DNA of 62,969 bases, filler included, from Mitosporidium daphniae (lineage: Eukaryota): assembly GCF_000760515.2 (NCBI RefSeq). It is 34 parts of 34 records of this genome, joined end to end, with 100 filler letters (N's around TTAATTAATTAA, not from the genome) between each part and the next. Parts side by side here need not be neighbours in the genome. Positions count along the whole stretch, not along the records: positions 24,170 to 25,916 come from NW_013546522.1; positions 26,017 to 27,751 come from NW_013546521.1; positions 27,852 to 29,579 come from NW_013546520.1; positions 29,680 to 31,405 come from NW_013546519.1; positions 31,506 to 33,230 come from NW_013546518.1; positions 33,331 to 35,048 come from NW_013546517.1; positions 35,149 to 36,851 come from NW_013546515.1; 27 more parts are not named here. The stretch is one strand, 5' to 3'. The position numbers were made by a program, and so were the translations under genes. This document shows positions 24,170 to 35,613 of this stretch, one piece after another. A model generated the notes under the pieces. The model was not told the origin of the DNA. It did not search any database and saw only the letters and a list, made by a program, of their open reading frames with translations. Within the stretch, counting starts at the first letter, position 1; every line of letters starts with the position of its first letter.

Positions 24170-25916
24170 GATATAATATTTATAATATTTATTTATTGTT
24201 ATACTTGACGTATAGACTATTCTTCATACGATTACTTGTTTGTTCGTTGAATGTTCTTCTTTACATTACTATTATCACTATCTAATCCTATTTGCTGCTT
24301 TCTTGATAATGTTACACTTTTATCCAGGTTGTTGTATTGGTAGTACAGGTTTATTCGTTCCTGCTACACCCTACTTACCCAGCTCTTAGGTTATATAGGT
24401 CTTTACCCTTTGTTTTAGTCCTTACTTTAGGACCTTTGTATTAGGGGACGGCTTCCCGTTATACTGTCTCTCTTAACTCAGATGGTGTTTTACCCCCACC
24501 TTTCTGTATTACCCCCAATCCATACTCTGTTTTAAAAGTTTATTCTTTTGTTCTCTTTGAAAAGTTATATACTTTGTTAGTTTAATGCTTCAGTTTATCT
24601 CGATGCCTACCTTTTTATCGAGTTAGTTTTAGTTATATTTGGAAACTGATATAGTTTGTTACTTTTGTTTCCTCCTTTCTGGTGAATGTGGAATGAAGCC
24701 TTTGTTATGTAGGAAATAATCTTATAGACCTTATCTTTATATTACTTTTTAGCCTTTATTTATTATTACCAACTTTATGATATTTAGAATTTAGATCTTT
24801 TATGATATTTAGAGTCTTTTATCCCTCTTTATGCTTTTAGAGATCTTTTATTCTTTCTCATAGTTTCCTTATGGTGACTGGTTGGTTTGAAGGAGCCTTC
24901 TCATATTGGAAATTACTTATAATCTCTTCCTTAAGTTGAATTTTACTCTTCGTTATGTTCACTTAGTTTATTTATTAGTTATTATTGTTACGGGTTCTCT
25001 TTCGTTTAGTTTTAACCCCGCTTTAATAGTTTACTCTCTAGCTATTCTGTCTTACTCGAATTTTACGATGTCTCTCTTTAGAGAGTACTCTATATGTCTA
25101 TAGAGTTTACTTTTATTGTTAGAGTTAAAAAACTCCCCCCAAAAAATGTTTTTTATCAGCATATTCCGTTTTTCCGAAATCTTTTTGATTTTTTTATCCC
25201 TATTTTCCGTTTTTCCGGAATTAGTTTGGATTTAGTTGTGTTTTACAATGTTTTACATTGGAATCCTCCTTTTTTTAGTCGACAGCTCCCCCCTACCCCC
25301 AAGGTTGAGATGCCTTCTCTTACGAGATTCTTTCTCTTCCTTAGGTTTGGAGATTACTTCTCCTTACGACATTTCACATCGGTATCCTGCTACCTTTGTT
25401 TTGACAGGTTCACCACCATTTCTGATGGTTCCCCTCTCTAGAGTTTTATCCTTTTTATAGTTACATTACTCTAGGAGGTAATAGCCCAAGCACTTTGATT
25501 GGATTATCCCTTCTTTGTTGTCGTTTTTTTGTTTTTAATGGTGCTTATTATTGTAATTACTATACATGACGGGACTTGTTTTTTTAGTATTATACAAGGG
25601 GGTTTGTGATGTATTCCTCTACTTCTTTTCCTTACAATCAGTCTTGAGAAACTTTTACATTTCAAACATTTTATATTTAAGGGGGTAGTGAGTAGACTAA
25701 CTAATCTGCTTTTATAGAGTCGCAGGACTTTTCCTCTTACAATATTATACGTGATACAGTTTATACTCTTGTTCTGGAGTATAATTACTGACAGTTCCTA
25801 TTCTATTATTTTGTTTTATGGATACAGTTTATACTCTTGTTCTGGAGTACCCTTTATTATTATATTTTATTATTATTTATAGAGTTTATGATTTTATTAT
25901 TATATTTTATTATTAT
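24170..25916. other. AT-rich, strand-skewed, stop-riddled degenerate sequence (possible hypermutated retroelement relic)
   Basis: T-rich plus strand, no credible ORF, low-complexity TAT ends and a 29-bp duplication at 25752/25821. Confidence 0.35.
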
Positions 25917-26017
25917 NNNNNNNNNNNNNNNNNNNNNNNNNNNNNNNNNNNNNNNNNNNNTTAATTAATTAANNNNNNNNNNNNNNNNNNNNNNNNNNNN
26001 NNNNNNNNNNNNNNNNT

Positions 26018-26749
26018 CGAAGACTTTTATTTCTCACAGCTTTCATTGCCATTCTCGTTCTCCCCTCATTACAAAGTGAAGAGATTGAAAGATTCACTAG
26101 AATATTAAATAACCGACCTGAATTCCTAAAAAAAATCTCTAAAAAATTTATAGAAGAATTCACTAAAAAAGGGATAAAATGGCCTAAAGAATTGGCTGAA
26201 AAATTGGCTGAAAAATTCCCTGAAAGATTTCCTAAAAGATTCCCTGAAGAATTCTTCACGGAATTCATTGAAGAATTCCGTGAAGAATTCCCTAAAGAAC
26301 CCATTGAAGAACTAATTAAAAGATGCGGTGAAGAACTCCCTAAAAAAATCCGTAAAGATTTCCGTAAAAAATTCGGTAAAGAAATCAGTGAAAAATCAAT
26401 TGAAAGACTCTATGAAGAATCAATTAAAAGCTTGCGTCAAGAATTGACTGAAAAATGCCCTGAAGAATTAATTGAAGGATTCCCTCAAATTTTTACTAAC
26501 CCTTTCATAGAATCGAATAGTGAATTCCTTGATGAATACACTAAAAAATTTATAAAAGAAGTGGATAAAGAATTGATACAAAAAGACCTAGAAGAATTCT
26601 ATAAAGACTTCGATAAAGAATTCATAAAAGGCCGCGTTAAAGAAATCCTAGAAACACTGATTGACGGATTCCTAGAAGAATTCCTAAAAAAATTGACTAC
26701 AAAATTCCCAAAAGGCTCCACTCTAAAACCTAATAATTCTCGCATGTAA
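26018..26749 (+). CDS. Secreted-type protein with shared leader and tetrapeptide (hydrophobic-x-E/K-E/K) repeats; first codons missing
   Basis: RRLLFLTAFIAILVLPSLQSE leader, then FPEK FPER FPKR FPEE FFTE FIEE FREE and so on. Confidence 0.75.
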   Translation, partial: RRLLFLTAFIAILVLPSLQSEEIERFTRILNNRPEFLKKISKKFIEEFTKKGIKWPKELAEKLAEKFPERFPKRFPEEFFTEFIEEFREEFPKEPIEELIKRCGEELPKKIRKDFRKKFGKEISEKSIERLYEESIKSLRQELTEKCPEELIEGFPQIFTNPFIESNSEFLDEYTKKFIKEVDKELIQKDLEEFYKDFDKEFIKGRVKEILETLIDGFLEEFLKKLTTKFPKGSTLKPNNSRM

Positions 26750-27906
26750 GTATTTCCGACTCATGTTAATCCTTATAGACAAGTTGAAAATGATTCACGT
26801 TTTGATGCTTTTTAAAAGGAAATAAACCCACCGCAGAAGCCTCTGATCTAAGAATAAATTTACCGTTGTTAAGAGCGCTAAGTAATAATGGCATGCAAAC
26901 ATCTTCCACTGCTATAATCGACAGCCTAAGCTTGTGCTGGCCGCAGCAGACATGCTTTAACGAGGCTCGGTAATCCTGGAAATGCACCGGACATTGTATA
27001 AACCGTGCGAGTATCGGTTGAATTTATTCTGCATTTGGTCCTGGGCTTATCAAAAAGGCACACTAAAGCAATCTTATGGTTAATATATGTGCACATTTAA
27101 GATATTTAAATCAAGTTACTTCGATCAGATAAAGAATTTTATCGGTGAAACTGGCCTCTTTTCAGGTGGGTTTAGCATTTTAATGAGCGGATTTAATAAG
27201 CATTACTGTATTTTATTTGCTTGCTATATCTTGTTCCATTGACAATTGATGAATTCCAATAAAGCTTGAGATATGAAAAGCGATTTTTGCATGATGTCCT
27301 AATAAGAGCATTATTATAGGATATAATCTCACTCTTGGATAAAGGGAGAAATCAGCCTCGATCATAGACATATCCACTAAATAACATATTGGTGTGTATT
27401 TCTTGTAAATATAAGACTTGATAATTACATTTCCAGATTTTAATTGTCCATTTGGGCAATTGGTGAATCTAAAACTATCATTGGATGCACAATTTCCGGC
27501 GCGACAAACAATATGTACAATACTAACAACTTGTTCACCAATCTTCTGGTTTCAATGAGGGTGTGAAAATTTCTGTTTCTCATATCTTTCTTTGCTTCTT
27601 TGCTTTCTACTCAACAAACGCCGAGGAGGATCTTGAAATGAAGAAATTATTGGTGTATGCTGAAAAGAGAATGAAAATTGATGTTTAGATGCGGGAGTTT
27701 CTTGAAGGGATTTATAAAATTGATAAAGACCTGCTTGGACATGAAAAATCGNNNNNNNNNNNNNNNNNNNNNNNNNNNNNNNNNNNNNNNNNNNNTTAAT
27801 TAATTAANNNNNNNNNNNNNNNNNNNNNNNNNNNNNNNNNNNNNNNNNNNNAAATGCAAAATACTCATCTCTGATTCGCGAAATGCCGAGTCTGTGAATT
27901 AAATAG

Positions 27907-28314
27907 CTAAATTTTATTTTCCAAAAATAAATTGGCAAAGCCAAATAATTCGTAATTTCTGCACAAACCAAGTGGATCTGAAAAATCAAAAATGGATATT
28001 TTTTCGGCATGGTGTGAATAAAACCTCAAGCGATTGCAGTTCTCCAATATGATTGATCCAGCTTTATCTGAATTTATCTCAAAGACCGAATCCGAGCAGC
28101 TATGTATTCGAAATTGATTAAGAAGAACGGGATGTTTAAATATTACCCTGCATTTCGTCATTGCATCCACACAAATACAAAGAGGCGTAGTTTGCAGGGA
28201 AATCTCGATAGTGCAATTTGACAGTCTATTCAAATTGAGCATGGTGAGCACCGTGCTGTCGTTGTCGCTTTCATTGATGTTGATGGATTGGTTTGCCCTG
28301 TCCTGAATTAACAT
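27907..28314 (-). CDS. Tubulin-binding cofactor C domain protein (short)
   Basis: L..LSNCTI, QFRIHSC.D, IILENCNRLRF and IFDFS. Confidence 0.75.
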   Translation of the reverse strand: MLIQDRANQSININESDNDSTVLTMLNLNRLSNCTIEISLQTTPLCICVDAMTKCRVIFKHPVLLNQFRIHSCSDSVFEINSDKAGSIILENCNRLRFYSHHAEKISIFDFSDPLGLCRNYELFGFANLFLENKI

Positions 28315-28470
28315 AAAGTTAAGAAAGCTCAAAAATTTAATGAAAAGTTCAAAATTGATAATGAAACCATAGTGTACAATCACAAGTTGTTATAACTTGG
28401 GCTGGCGGATGGCGAATGCAGATTTGATTGCATCGCTGATGGAGCTTGGGTCTGTTCGCAAAATTGAAGA

Positions 28471-29579
28471 CTAAAGCGTTAAGCAAATGGAACGAACCTT
28501 TGGGGCAATTGAAAGAGCAGCCGGATGCTTTTGCCGACTGAACGAGAAGGAGTCTTCCGAACTAGCTGAAGACAGGGAAAGGTTTGACAAAAATGAACTA
28601 TTCTCTTCAGATAGGATTGAAGATGCCAATTTGGGTCCCAACGGCCTGAAGGTTGACTTTTTCAATAGGGAAGAACACGGTTCGTTAGTTGAACTGATAG
28701 AAGTGGGGTTCGTGGCAGCCCGTTGAGCTTTTCTTTTATCAGCGATGCTAGTATTCTTCAAAGGAACATCCAGAGGATCTGGGATGGGTAATTTGGATTG
28801 GACCTTTGTTTGGCCCCGTGCTTCGCCAGCCTGTTCGTTTGTTTGTTCCATTTTTTGATCTGTATCCTGGCCAGAATTTTTATGCTTTTTCGTTGGAGAA
28901 TTCTGTTGCTTCTTTTGGATATTGGAATCAGGAGGCCCCAGAATATGTTGAGCTGGTATGGAAACTCTTGGGGGTGTGGGGTCGGTTTCATTTGGAGATG
29001 CAATTTTTACACTTTTCCTTTGCCTCTGTATGGTCTTCTTTGGCGAGTATAAGCGGCATCTGGAAACCTTGTGACCCTTTCTAATTTGAGGACTTTTGTT
29101 TTGTGCAAATAAGGCGACCTTATCAGGGTCTTCCTCTTCTTCTGATGAAGAAAATATTAATTGTGGCGGTCTTTTCAGATGCGTAGAGGTATCTTTATCT
29201 TGAGCTTCATGCGATTGCCCAACCAAGTGTTCTAAAGGCCGAGATTGGTGCAGTTCAGGTATTTTTGATGGTTCTTGTTGAAGACAACCTTTTTTGAGGT
29301 TGGGGATCGTTTCTTTTACCTGCAAAGATGCCTGGAGCAAACGCTGATTTTCGGATTTTAGCTTTTCAATCTCTGCCTCCAATTTTACGTTTTTGATCTC
29401 GTAATCTCGAAGTGATTTTTCGATTGCCTCGTATTTGTTGGTAGCTTCATCCTTGGACGTACAAACGAGAGATAATTGGCATGAAAGATTCTCAACAGTC
29501 TTTTCATATTTGGAGCTCAATTCTTTTTCTCTAGAAAAGTAGTTTGCGATCAAACTCTCCGTCGAGAGCTTTTCCCGCT
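28471..29579 (-). CDS. Hypothetical coiled-coil/disordered protein, 5' truncated
   Basis: ORF of at least 360 aa with heptad pattern and a Ser/Pro-rich tail. Confidence 0.6.
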
Positions 29580-29679
29580 NNNNNNNNNNNNNNNNNNNNN
29601 NNNNNNNNNNNNNNNNNNNNNNNTTAATTAATTAANNNNNNNNNNNNNNNNNNNNNNNNNNNNNNNNNNNNNNNNNNNN

Positions 29680-31405
29680 AAACTTCCTTAAGCTTTTACT
29701 TCTCGTAACTTTGATTGCCTTTTTTTCTGTCCCTTCACTGGAGGCTAGAAAGAGAGGAAGGAAAAAAGTAACAAACACAGGAGCAAACCTAGGAAACCCA
29801 CCCCTCCAAGTAGACCTCAAAAGACTAGAAGACTTAGTAGATCAAAAAATTAAGGAAGTTTTTGAAGCTCAAAAAAAATCAGACAAAGCATTTAAAGAGT
29901 ATAACCCCAAACTTGAAAAAGTAACACATGCAGCATTGAAAGCATACAACAATTTTCAAAGAAAATTCCGTTTCCTATTTTTTAGAAAAAAAATTCAAGA
30001 AAAAATATTTAAAGAATTTAAAGAAGCTGAAAAAAAAGCAGATGAAGCAAAAGACGAAGGTTTAGATGCTCAACTTCAATTAAATAAAGCTATATCTGAA
30101 GCAAGGCTTGAAATTCAAAAATTTGAAAACGCTCTAAATTCAGAAAAAAAAAAAGCTGAAAGTGATCAAGATAAAAACAAAGAAAATAAGATTAAACAAA
30201 AAATTCATGAATTAAAAGGCTTAAACAAAACATTTGAAAACGAGATCGAGAAGAATGAAGAAAAAAACAAAAAGATACATCAACAATATCAAAGCCACTT
30301 AAATGCTCTACATACTCAAGATAAAGCAAATACGGCCGAAAAAACCGCAGAACACGCAAGGAAAAAAGCAAACCAAGACCCAAAAAATGCAATTTTTGAA
30401 ACAATCGCAAAAACAGCAGAAGAAGATTTTCGCAATACTCAACTTGACGCATACCATAAATACTGGAACTTAATTCGAGATGAAGATAAAAAGTATCTGC
30501 AGATTATAAAGGAAATCATACTTAGCATCCGGGATCAGTCTTTTTTAATGATTACGACGTGGGCTTTATCATGCATCCTCTATTTTGTTTTGTTTAACTC
30601 ACTCATTTATAACAATATCTTACCCCCAGTTATCGATTATCTCTCTATAGATGTGCAAGGGTTTAAAACAAAAGGTACATGGCTTCAAGAGCTCTATCAG
30701 GCATATACGTCAGAAATTCATCAGAAAAACTATCCTTTTCTTAGCGCGTTTTTTGGAGTTTTCCCAGTTTCCCTAGGTCTTCTTCTTGCCCTCAAGCCTA
30801 AAGATCCGAGTGCCAGTTCCTCTTCCGGTGCAGGAGCGGCATCCACACCCGGCACCCCTGTCCCTCCCATTGTTCCTGTAGCGGCATCCACATCCGGCAC
30901 CCCTGTCCCTCCCATTGTTCCTGTAGCGGCATTCACACCCGGCACCCCTGTCCCTGCAGCGAAATATACATTGGCGGAATTGATATGGAAAATTTCTCGT
31001 CTAATCAACTTTTTGTTGTCCTATTTTGGTTTTTGGTTTATTGCTCAGGGCGTTGCCGAGAAGCGTTTGACACACTTCAAACTCTTTTCCGGGGATGGAT
31101 CTATGAAGGATACAAGTTTGAAACCCTCGATGCCGATTTCTAATCTTCTCTTCTCTGCGATATCCCTGATGCTTTTTTATAAAGATAACTACTTGCCTGG
31201 GCTACCTTCGTTTCTAAGAGACCTATTTGGACTTTCAGAACCAGAAAATAAGAGTAATTTTTTTGTTCAATTCTTTACATTCATATATTTCGCCTCTTTG
31301 GTGATTCACCTTGTTTTCGATATTGGATTCAGGATTGTTTTTGATTTCATGTTGTCCCAAAATTTCGTTTCCGAAGCGATTCTTAGTCTCCTTTTCTTTT
31401 TAGCC
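29680..31405 (+). CDS. Lineage-specific protein: signal peptide, Lys/Glu coiled coil, multi-TM C-terminus (both ends truncated)
   Basis: NFLKLLLLVTLIAFFSVPSLEA leader; intronless ORF spanning the contig; TM region homologous to 31507-33135. Confidence 0.8.
30836..30955. repeat. 45-bp coding tandem repeat (AASTPGTPVPPIVPV x~2.7)
   Basis: Visible in DNA and protein. Confidence 0.9.
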
Positions 31406-31506
31406 NNNNNNNNNNNNNNNNNNNNNNNNNNNNNNNNNNNNNNNNNNNNTTAATTAATTAANNNNNNNNNNNNNNNNNNNNNNNNNNNNNNNNNNNNNNN
31501 NNNNNT

Positions 31507-33135
31507 CGAAGACTTTTATTTCTCACAGCTTTCATTGCCATTCTCGTTCTCCCCTCATTACAAAGTGAAACTCAAAATGAAACTCAAAATGAAACCCCTG
31601 AAGATTCTTTGAATAAATTACTTAAAGAGTGTGAAGAATACCTGAAAATCAAATTAACAAATGGAATTATTCTAAGCGATGTTATCATTTCTAAAAAACC
31701 CACCAAAACAATTACCTTTGGGAATATGCTAGAATATCTTAAAAGAGAGATAAAACATCTTTTAATGCAAGATGAAAATATAGAACGTTTATATATAGAC
31801 CTAAACTTTCTAAAAGAGCTAAAAAATCATTCATCAAACGAATCTCGCATTATTAAAATTTTACTAATACGTTTAAACAATCTCAAAAAAAAATCTCTAA
31901 TATCTAAAATAAATGTAAAAAATATGAATGACGCTTTGAAGAAGATTCAGAAATATTATAAAAACGCGGTAAAAAATGCGAAGCAGCCAGAAGATATAAA
32001 AAAGTTAAAAATTACGGAGCAGCCAGATGATATAGAAAAGTTAAAAATTACGAAGGAGCCAGAATATAAAAAAGAGTTAGAAATTACGGAGCAGCCAGAA
32101 GATATAAAAGTATATTTAAACTCTCTTCCCACCTTTCAACCAGCAAATAATATTGAAAAAAGCTTTAATCAGAGTAAAAAAGAAATTTCTGAAGAAGGTA
32201 TAGTTTCGAGGGTCTTGACATCGATTTTCAAAAACCTTATAAGAATAGTTTCTTGGTTCTATACTTTCTTCGAGTGGAATGCTAAAAAGTATTTTGGGGT
32301 TCATCTCGAGAGTATAAATGCCGTGTTCATCTATATCTTCTATCAAATTCCGGTAATGGTTATTACGCGGGCTAGATCATGCATCCTCTATGTAGTTGTG
32401 TTTTACCCTTTTGTTTATGAAAGGTCTTTAGCTCGAGTTTTTGAGTGCCTTGATCAGCTTCTGCGCAGGTTTAAAAATCATGCAATGCCTCAACAAGTCG
32501 ATCAATCGTCTAATCTCACAATTATTGAAAAAATCTATATTATTTTTAGTGGAATCGCTTGGGCTAGCCCACTTTATATATGTTTTGTTCTGATGTCAAC
32601 CCCCAATGTTTTTGTCTCCGCAGAAAAGAAATTTACACTCAAAATTGCGGTAATAATCGTCAGAATAGTAGTATTTTCTGTTTGTTGGTATTTTTCTCGG
32701 CTTTTTGCTAAGATTATTTTCACATGTTTCAAACTCCGTTTGTTAGATGGATCTTTGAATAACTGCATGCTTTCCTCGGAGATGGACTGCATGAAAACGT
32801 CTATTATTCTCTTTTTTCTGCGAATCCTGGAAGTATTTGATGAGAATAAAAGCAGTTTCTTTCCTCGAGTATTTCCAACTATAACGGAAATCTTTTTCGT
32901 TTTTGAAACTTTGAATGTTGGATTGATATTAGTATTTGGTGTTCATATTTTCGAAACTTCCTTTTCAAACGGGATTTATGCCTTGATTTCCATTTTGATC
33001 TATGTATACGTTCCTGTATTCTCCAGATATATTATTTCTAAGCTTTCTCCTTATTTCAAGAAGATTATTTCTAACTTTTTTAATTATTTCAGGAAGGATA
33101 TAAAACAAGAATCATGCCCTATTAAGGGTGCTTAA
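31507..33135 (+). CDS. Paralog of the 29680 protein: shared leader, Lys-rich domain, multi-TM C-terminus
   Basis: First ~64 nt identical to the start of the 26017 contig. SCILY, FKL...DGS and ENKS.FF motifs are shared with the 29680 ORF. Confidence 0.8.
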   Translation, partial: RRLLFLTAFIAILVLPSLQSETQNETQNETPEDSLNKLLKECEEYLKIKLTNGIILSDVIISKKPTKTITFGNMLEYLKREIKHLLMQDENIERLYIDLNFLKELKNHSSNESRIIKILLIRLNNLKKKSLISKINVKNMNDALKKIQKYYKNAVKNAKQPEDIKKLKITEQPDDIEKLKITKEPEYKKELEITEQPEDIKVYLNSLPTFQPANNIEKSFNQSKKEISEEGIVSRVLTSIFKNLIRIVSWFYTFFEWNAKKYFGVHLESINAVFIYIFYQIPVMVITRARSCILYVVVFYPFVYERSLARVFECLDQLLRRFKNHAMPQQVDQSSNLTIIEKIYIIFSGIAWASPLYICFVLMSTPNVFVSAEKKFTLKIAVIIVRIVVFSVCWYFSRLFAKIIFTCFKLRLLDGSLNNCMLSSEMDCMKTSIILFFLRILEVFDENKSSFFPRVFPTITEIFFVFETLNVGLILVFGVHIFETSFSNGIYALISILIYVYVPVFSRYIISKLSPYFKKIISNFFNYFRKDIKQESCPIKGA

Positions 33136-33330
33136 ATCATCCAAAAGTTTGGCGTCTTAAACGTGGTCCAAATCATTAAAACTATTCATAAATTTTCCTG
33201 AAACCAGCGCAGAGTTTCTGATTTAAGAGTNNNNNNNNNNNNNNNNNNNNNNNNNNNNNNNNNNNNNNNNNNNNTTAATTAATTAANNNNNNNNNNNNNN
33301 NNNNNNNNNNNNNNNNNNNNNNNNNNNNNN

Positions 33331-35048
33331 TTCTTTTTAGGAGGATTTTGTTGTTCGTGAGTCTGTATTTTCCATCTGTAACCAAGTGTGTGAAATTTAC
33401 ATCTAGATGCCTCTTATTCTGCAACTTTGCAGACGGAGAACTTCAAACCAAGCAAAAAGATTGAGAATCTCTTCAATGACTTTTTGCAGACACTTCCGGC
33501 CTCCGAAAAAGAAAATATCTTCCAAGTATTTTAAAGCTGGAATTAACTAATAAATAGAGCATCAAAATTGCTGAACGGATGGTGGCCAAAATTTTGTTCT
33601 ATTTTCCGTCTAGCATCAGTAAAGCTTTTATAGTTTCCATTGAGAGGGAGTATATCAACTCGAGTCTTTCTGATTTTTATTCGCAGATTCTCGAGCTTTT
33701 CAACCGGCAGCAATTTGAAAGTATCCTTCTTGACTTTCCATAGGTCTGGCGATGCTCTTTGATTTCTTCGGAAGATTTCCAACCAGCAGCGAAATGTTTG
33801 TTTCCCTCTTTAATGAATATCTTGCATCACAAGCCGGACTTTTTAACCCTTCCTTTGTTCCATTCAATGGGAGCTTTTATAATTGCAAGAAAAGAATTGA
33901 TCTGTTCATCGAGATCCAAAAGACCTCATCTCGATTTTTGGATCTCGTGTTCAAGAGTGAGAACCAAAGCGCCGTTCTGACCGTCGAAAAGGTAAAATGT
34001 TTTCGTGCGTTTGATTTCAGAATTTACGGTCCATTTTAAATGATACTCCGCATTTTTCAAGATCGGCACGCTCCATGGCATATTACTTCCACTATCTTTT
34101 ATCGCGAAACCAAAAGTTTATCAAGTTGCATGCAGATCAGATTGAAGATTTGGTACATTGGAGTTGGCATCAATTTATAGATCAGGGTCTTCAATTTGCT
34201 CCAAAACAAGAATGGCTTTCTCGTCGAATATGGGCAGCTATTTACGCTCCGGCTTGTAGACCAACTCTCCAATTTCAAGCAATTTGTCGAGTTGAGCATC
34301 CTTGAGTCTTTTTCCAGGGAATGTGGGCAGGAGGCCATCCAAGATATGCTGAGCATTTACAAGGATCTGTATCTTTTAAAGGGATCATCATGTGTGGAGC
34401 CGCCAAATTCCATATTTTCAAGTAAGCAGGTAACCTCGCTTATCTAGTCTCCCTGATCCGAAAACGATATTGGCCCTTTGGATTGTCATCGGAACATGCT
34501 CCTGAATACATGATTAGCGATTCCAGGGTAATCGGGTAAGTTTACATCCTAGTACGAATCATACATTGCCTCATATGCGTCAAAATCCGATCCAATGAAG
34601 ATACTGGAATGGAAACCCCAATTTACCAAAGGTGAGTGGATTTGACCGTGCTCACTTTGTAGTCCAGGTCGTATTGAATTTTCTTGAAACCTCCACAACC
34701 TTATTTACCTCCTACATTCAATACTTGCTATTAACGATTCTTGGAAATGCCACCACAGGCTCCAATTTCCAATGCCTGCTCGAACTAACATCCTTACCTG
34801 ATCATGTGTTGGTATGTTCCCTCATCGTAAGCGTTTGCATGGTCTTTATTTTTAGCCATTAATTGAAGAAGGTCTAGTGGTTCTTGATGATGAAAGCCAA
34901 ATAGGCAAAGACTTTGCATATAACTTGTCTTTTTATGCCCTGATTTCCTTGATGAAAGGTGCAGTATTTTCGTTTAACAGGGGATTTCAAACAGACGACT
35001 TTCACAACGTCATGGTGGTCTCATTTTTCGAGCCATATTCTTTGAAGC
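33331..35048 (+). CDS. Intron-rich hypothetical gene, internal fragment
   Basis: Chain of short plus-strand ORFs separated by GT-AG micro-introns (e.g. 33378-33406, 33992-34020, 34422-34447). Confidence 0.55.
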
Positions 35049-35273
35049 NNNNNNNNNNNNNNNNNNNNNNNNNNNNNNNNNNNNNNNNNNNNTTAATTAA
35101 TTAANNNNNNNNNNNNNNNNNNNNNNNNNNNNNNNNNNNNNNNNNNNNGGTGAGCGGAGGCATATACTTTAGCGCTCCTTTTGGGTTAAAGGCTAATAAA
35201 TGATTGGACATCCCCTTTTTATTGGCAACAATTTATCTTAAAGGTGTCTCTATTGGGAAAAGTTCGCAAAAAA

Positions 35274-35590
35274 TCATTTGAAAGTACCGTTGCTGGGACA
35301 TGAAAACATACTGATACTCATAAGATATTAAAGACTTACTCAAATTCCTCCTCCGCTTCTACATTTTCTATCCTTCTTTTTTCCCGGCAGGAATGATGAA
35401 CACCAGCTCTCACATCATTGAAGATGGCGCCGACTTTTTCTACCAATAGCGAGTATTTTACATCTAAATCCTATGCTCGATTATCAAAATCTAGTACTGC
35501 GCTCGCATTTTTTGGCTGGAACGTGCTGGGCAATGACGAGCAGTCGCCACCGTTTCCCAGGGAGTACCTAAATATGGTTGAGGAGGGCAT
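35274..35590 (-). CDS. Possible small two-intron gene (~86 aa)
   Basis: ATG at 35590; removing two GT-AG introns of 27 and 29 nt gives an open frame to TGA. No recognisable motif. Confidence 0.3.
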
Positions 35591-35613
35591 GCGATGCGTA
35601 GTAAAATGAAGCT

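Noticed and set aside
33331..35048. Fragmented ORFs suggesting an alternative genetic code or pseudogenes
   Set aside because: Explained by GT-AG micro-introns; conserved genes translate correctly with the standard code.
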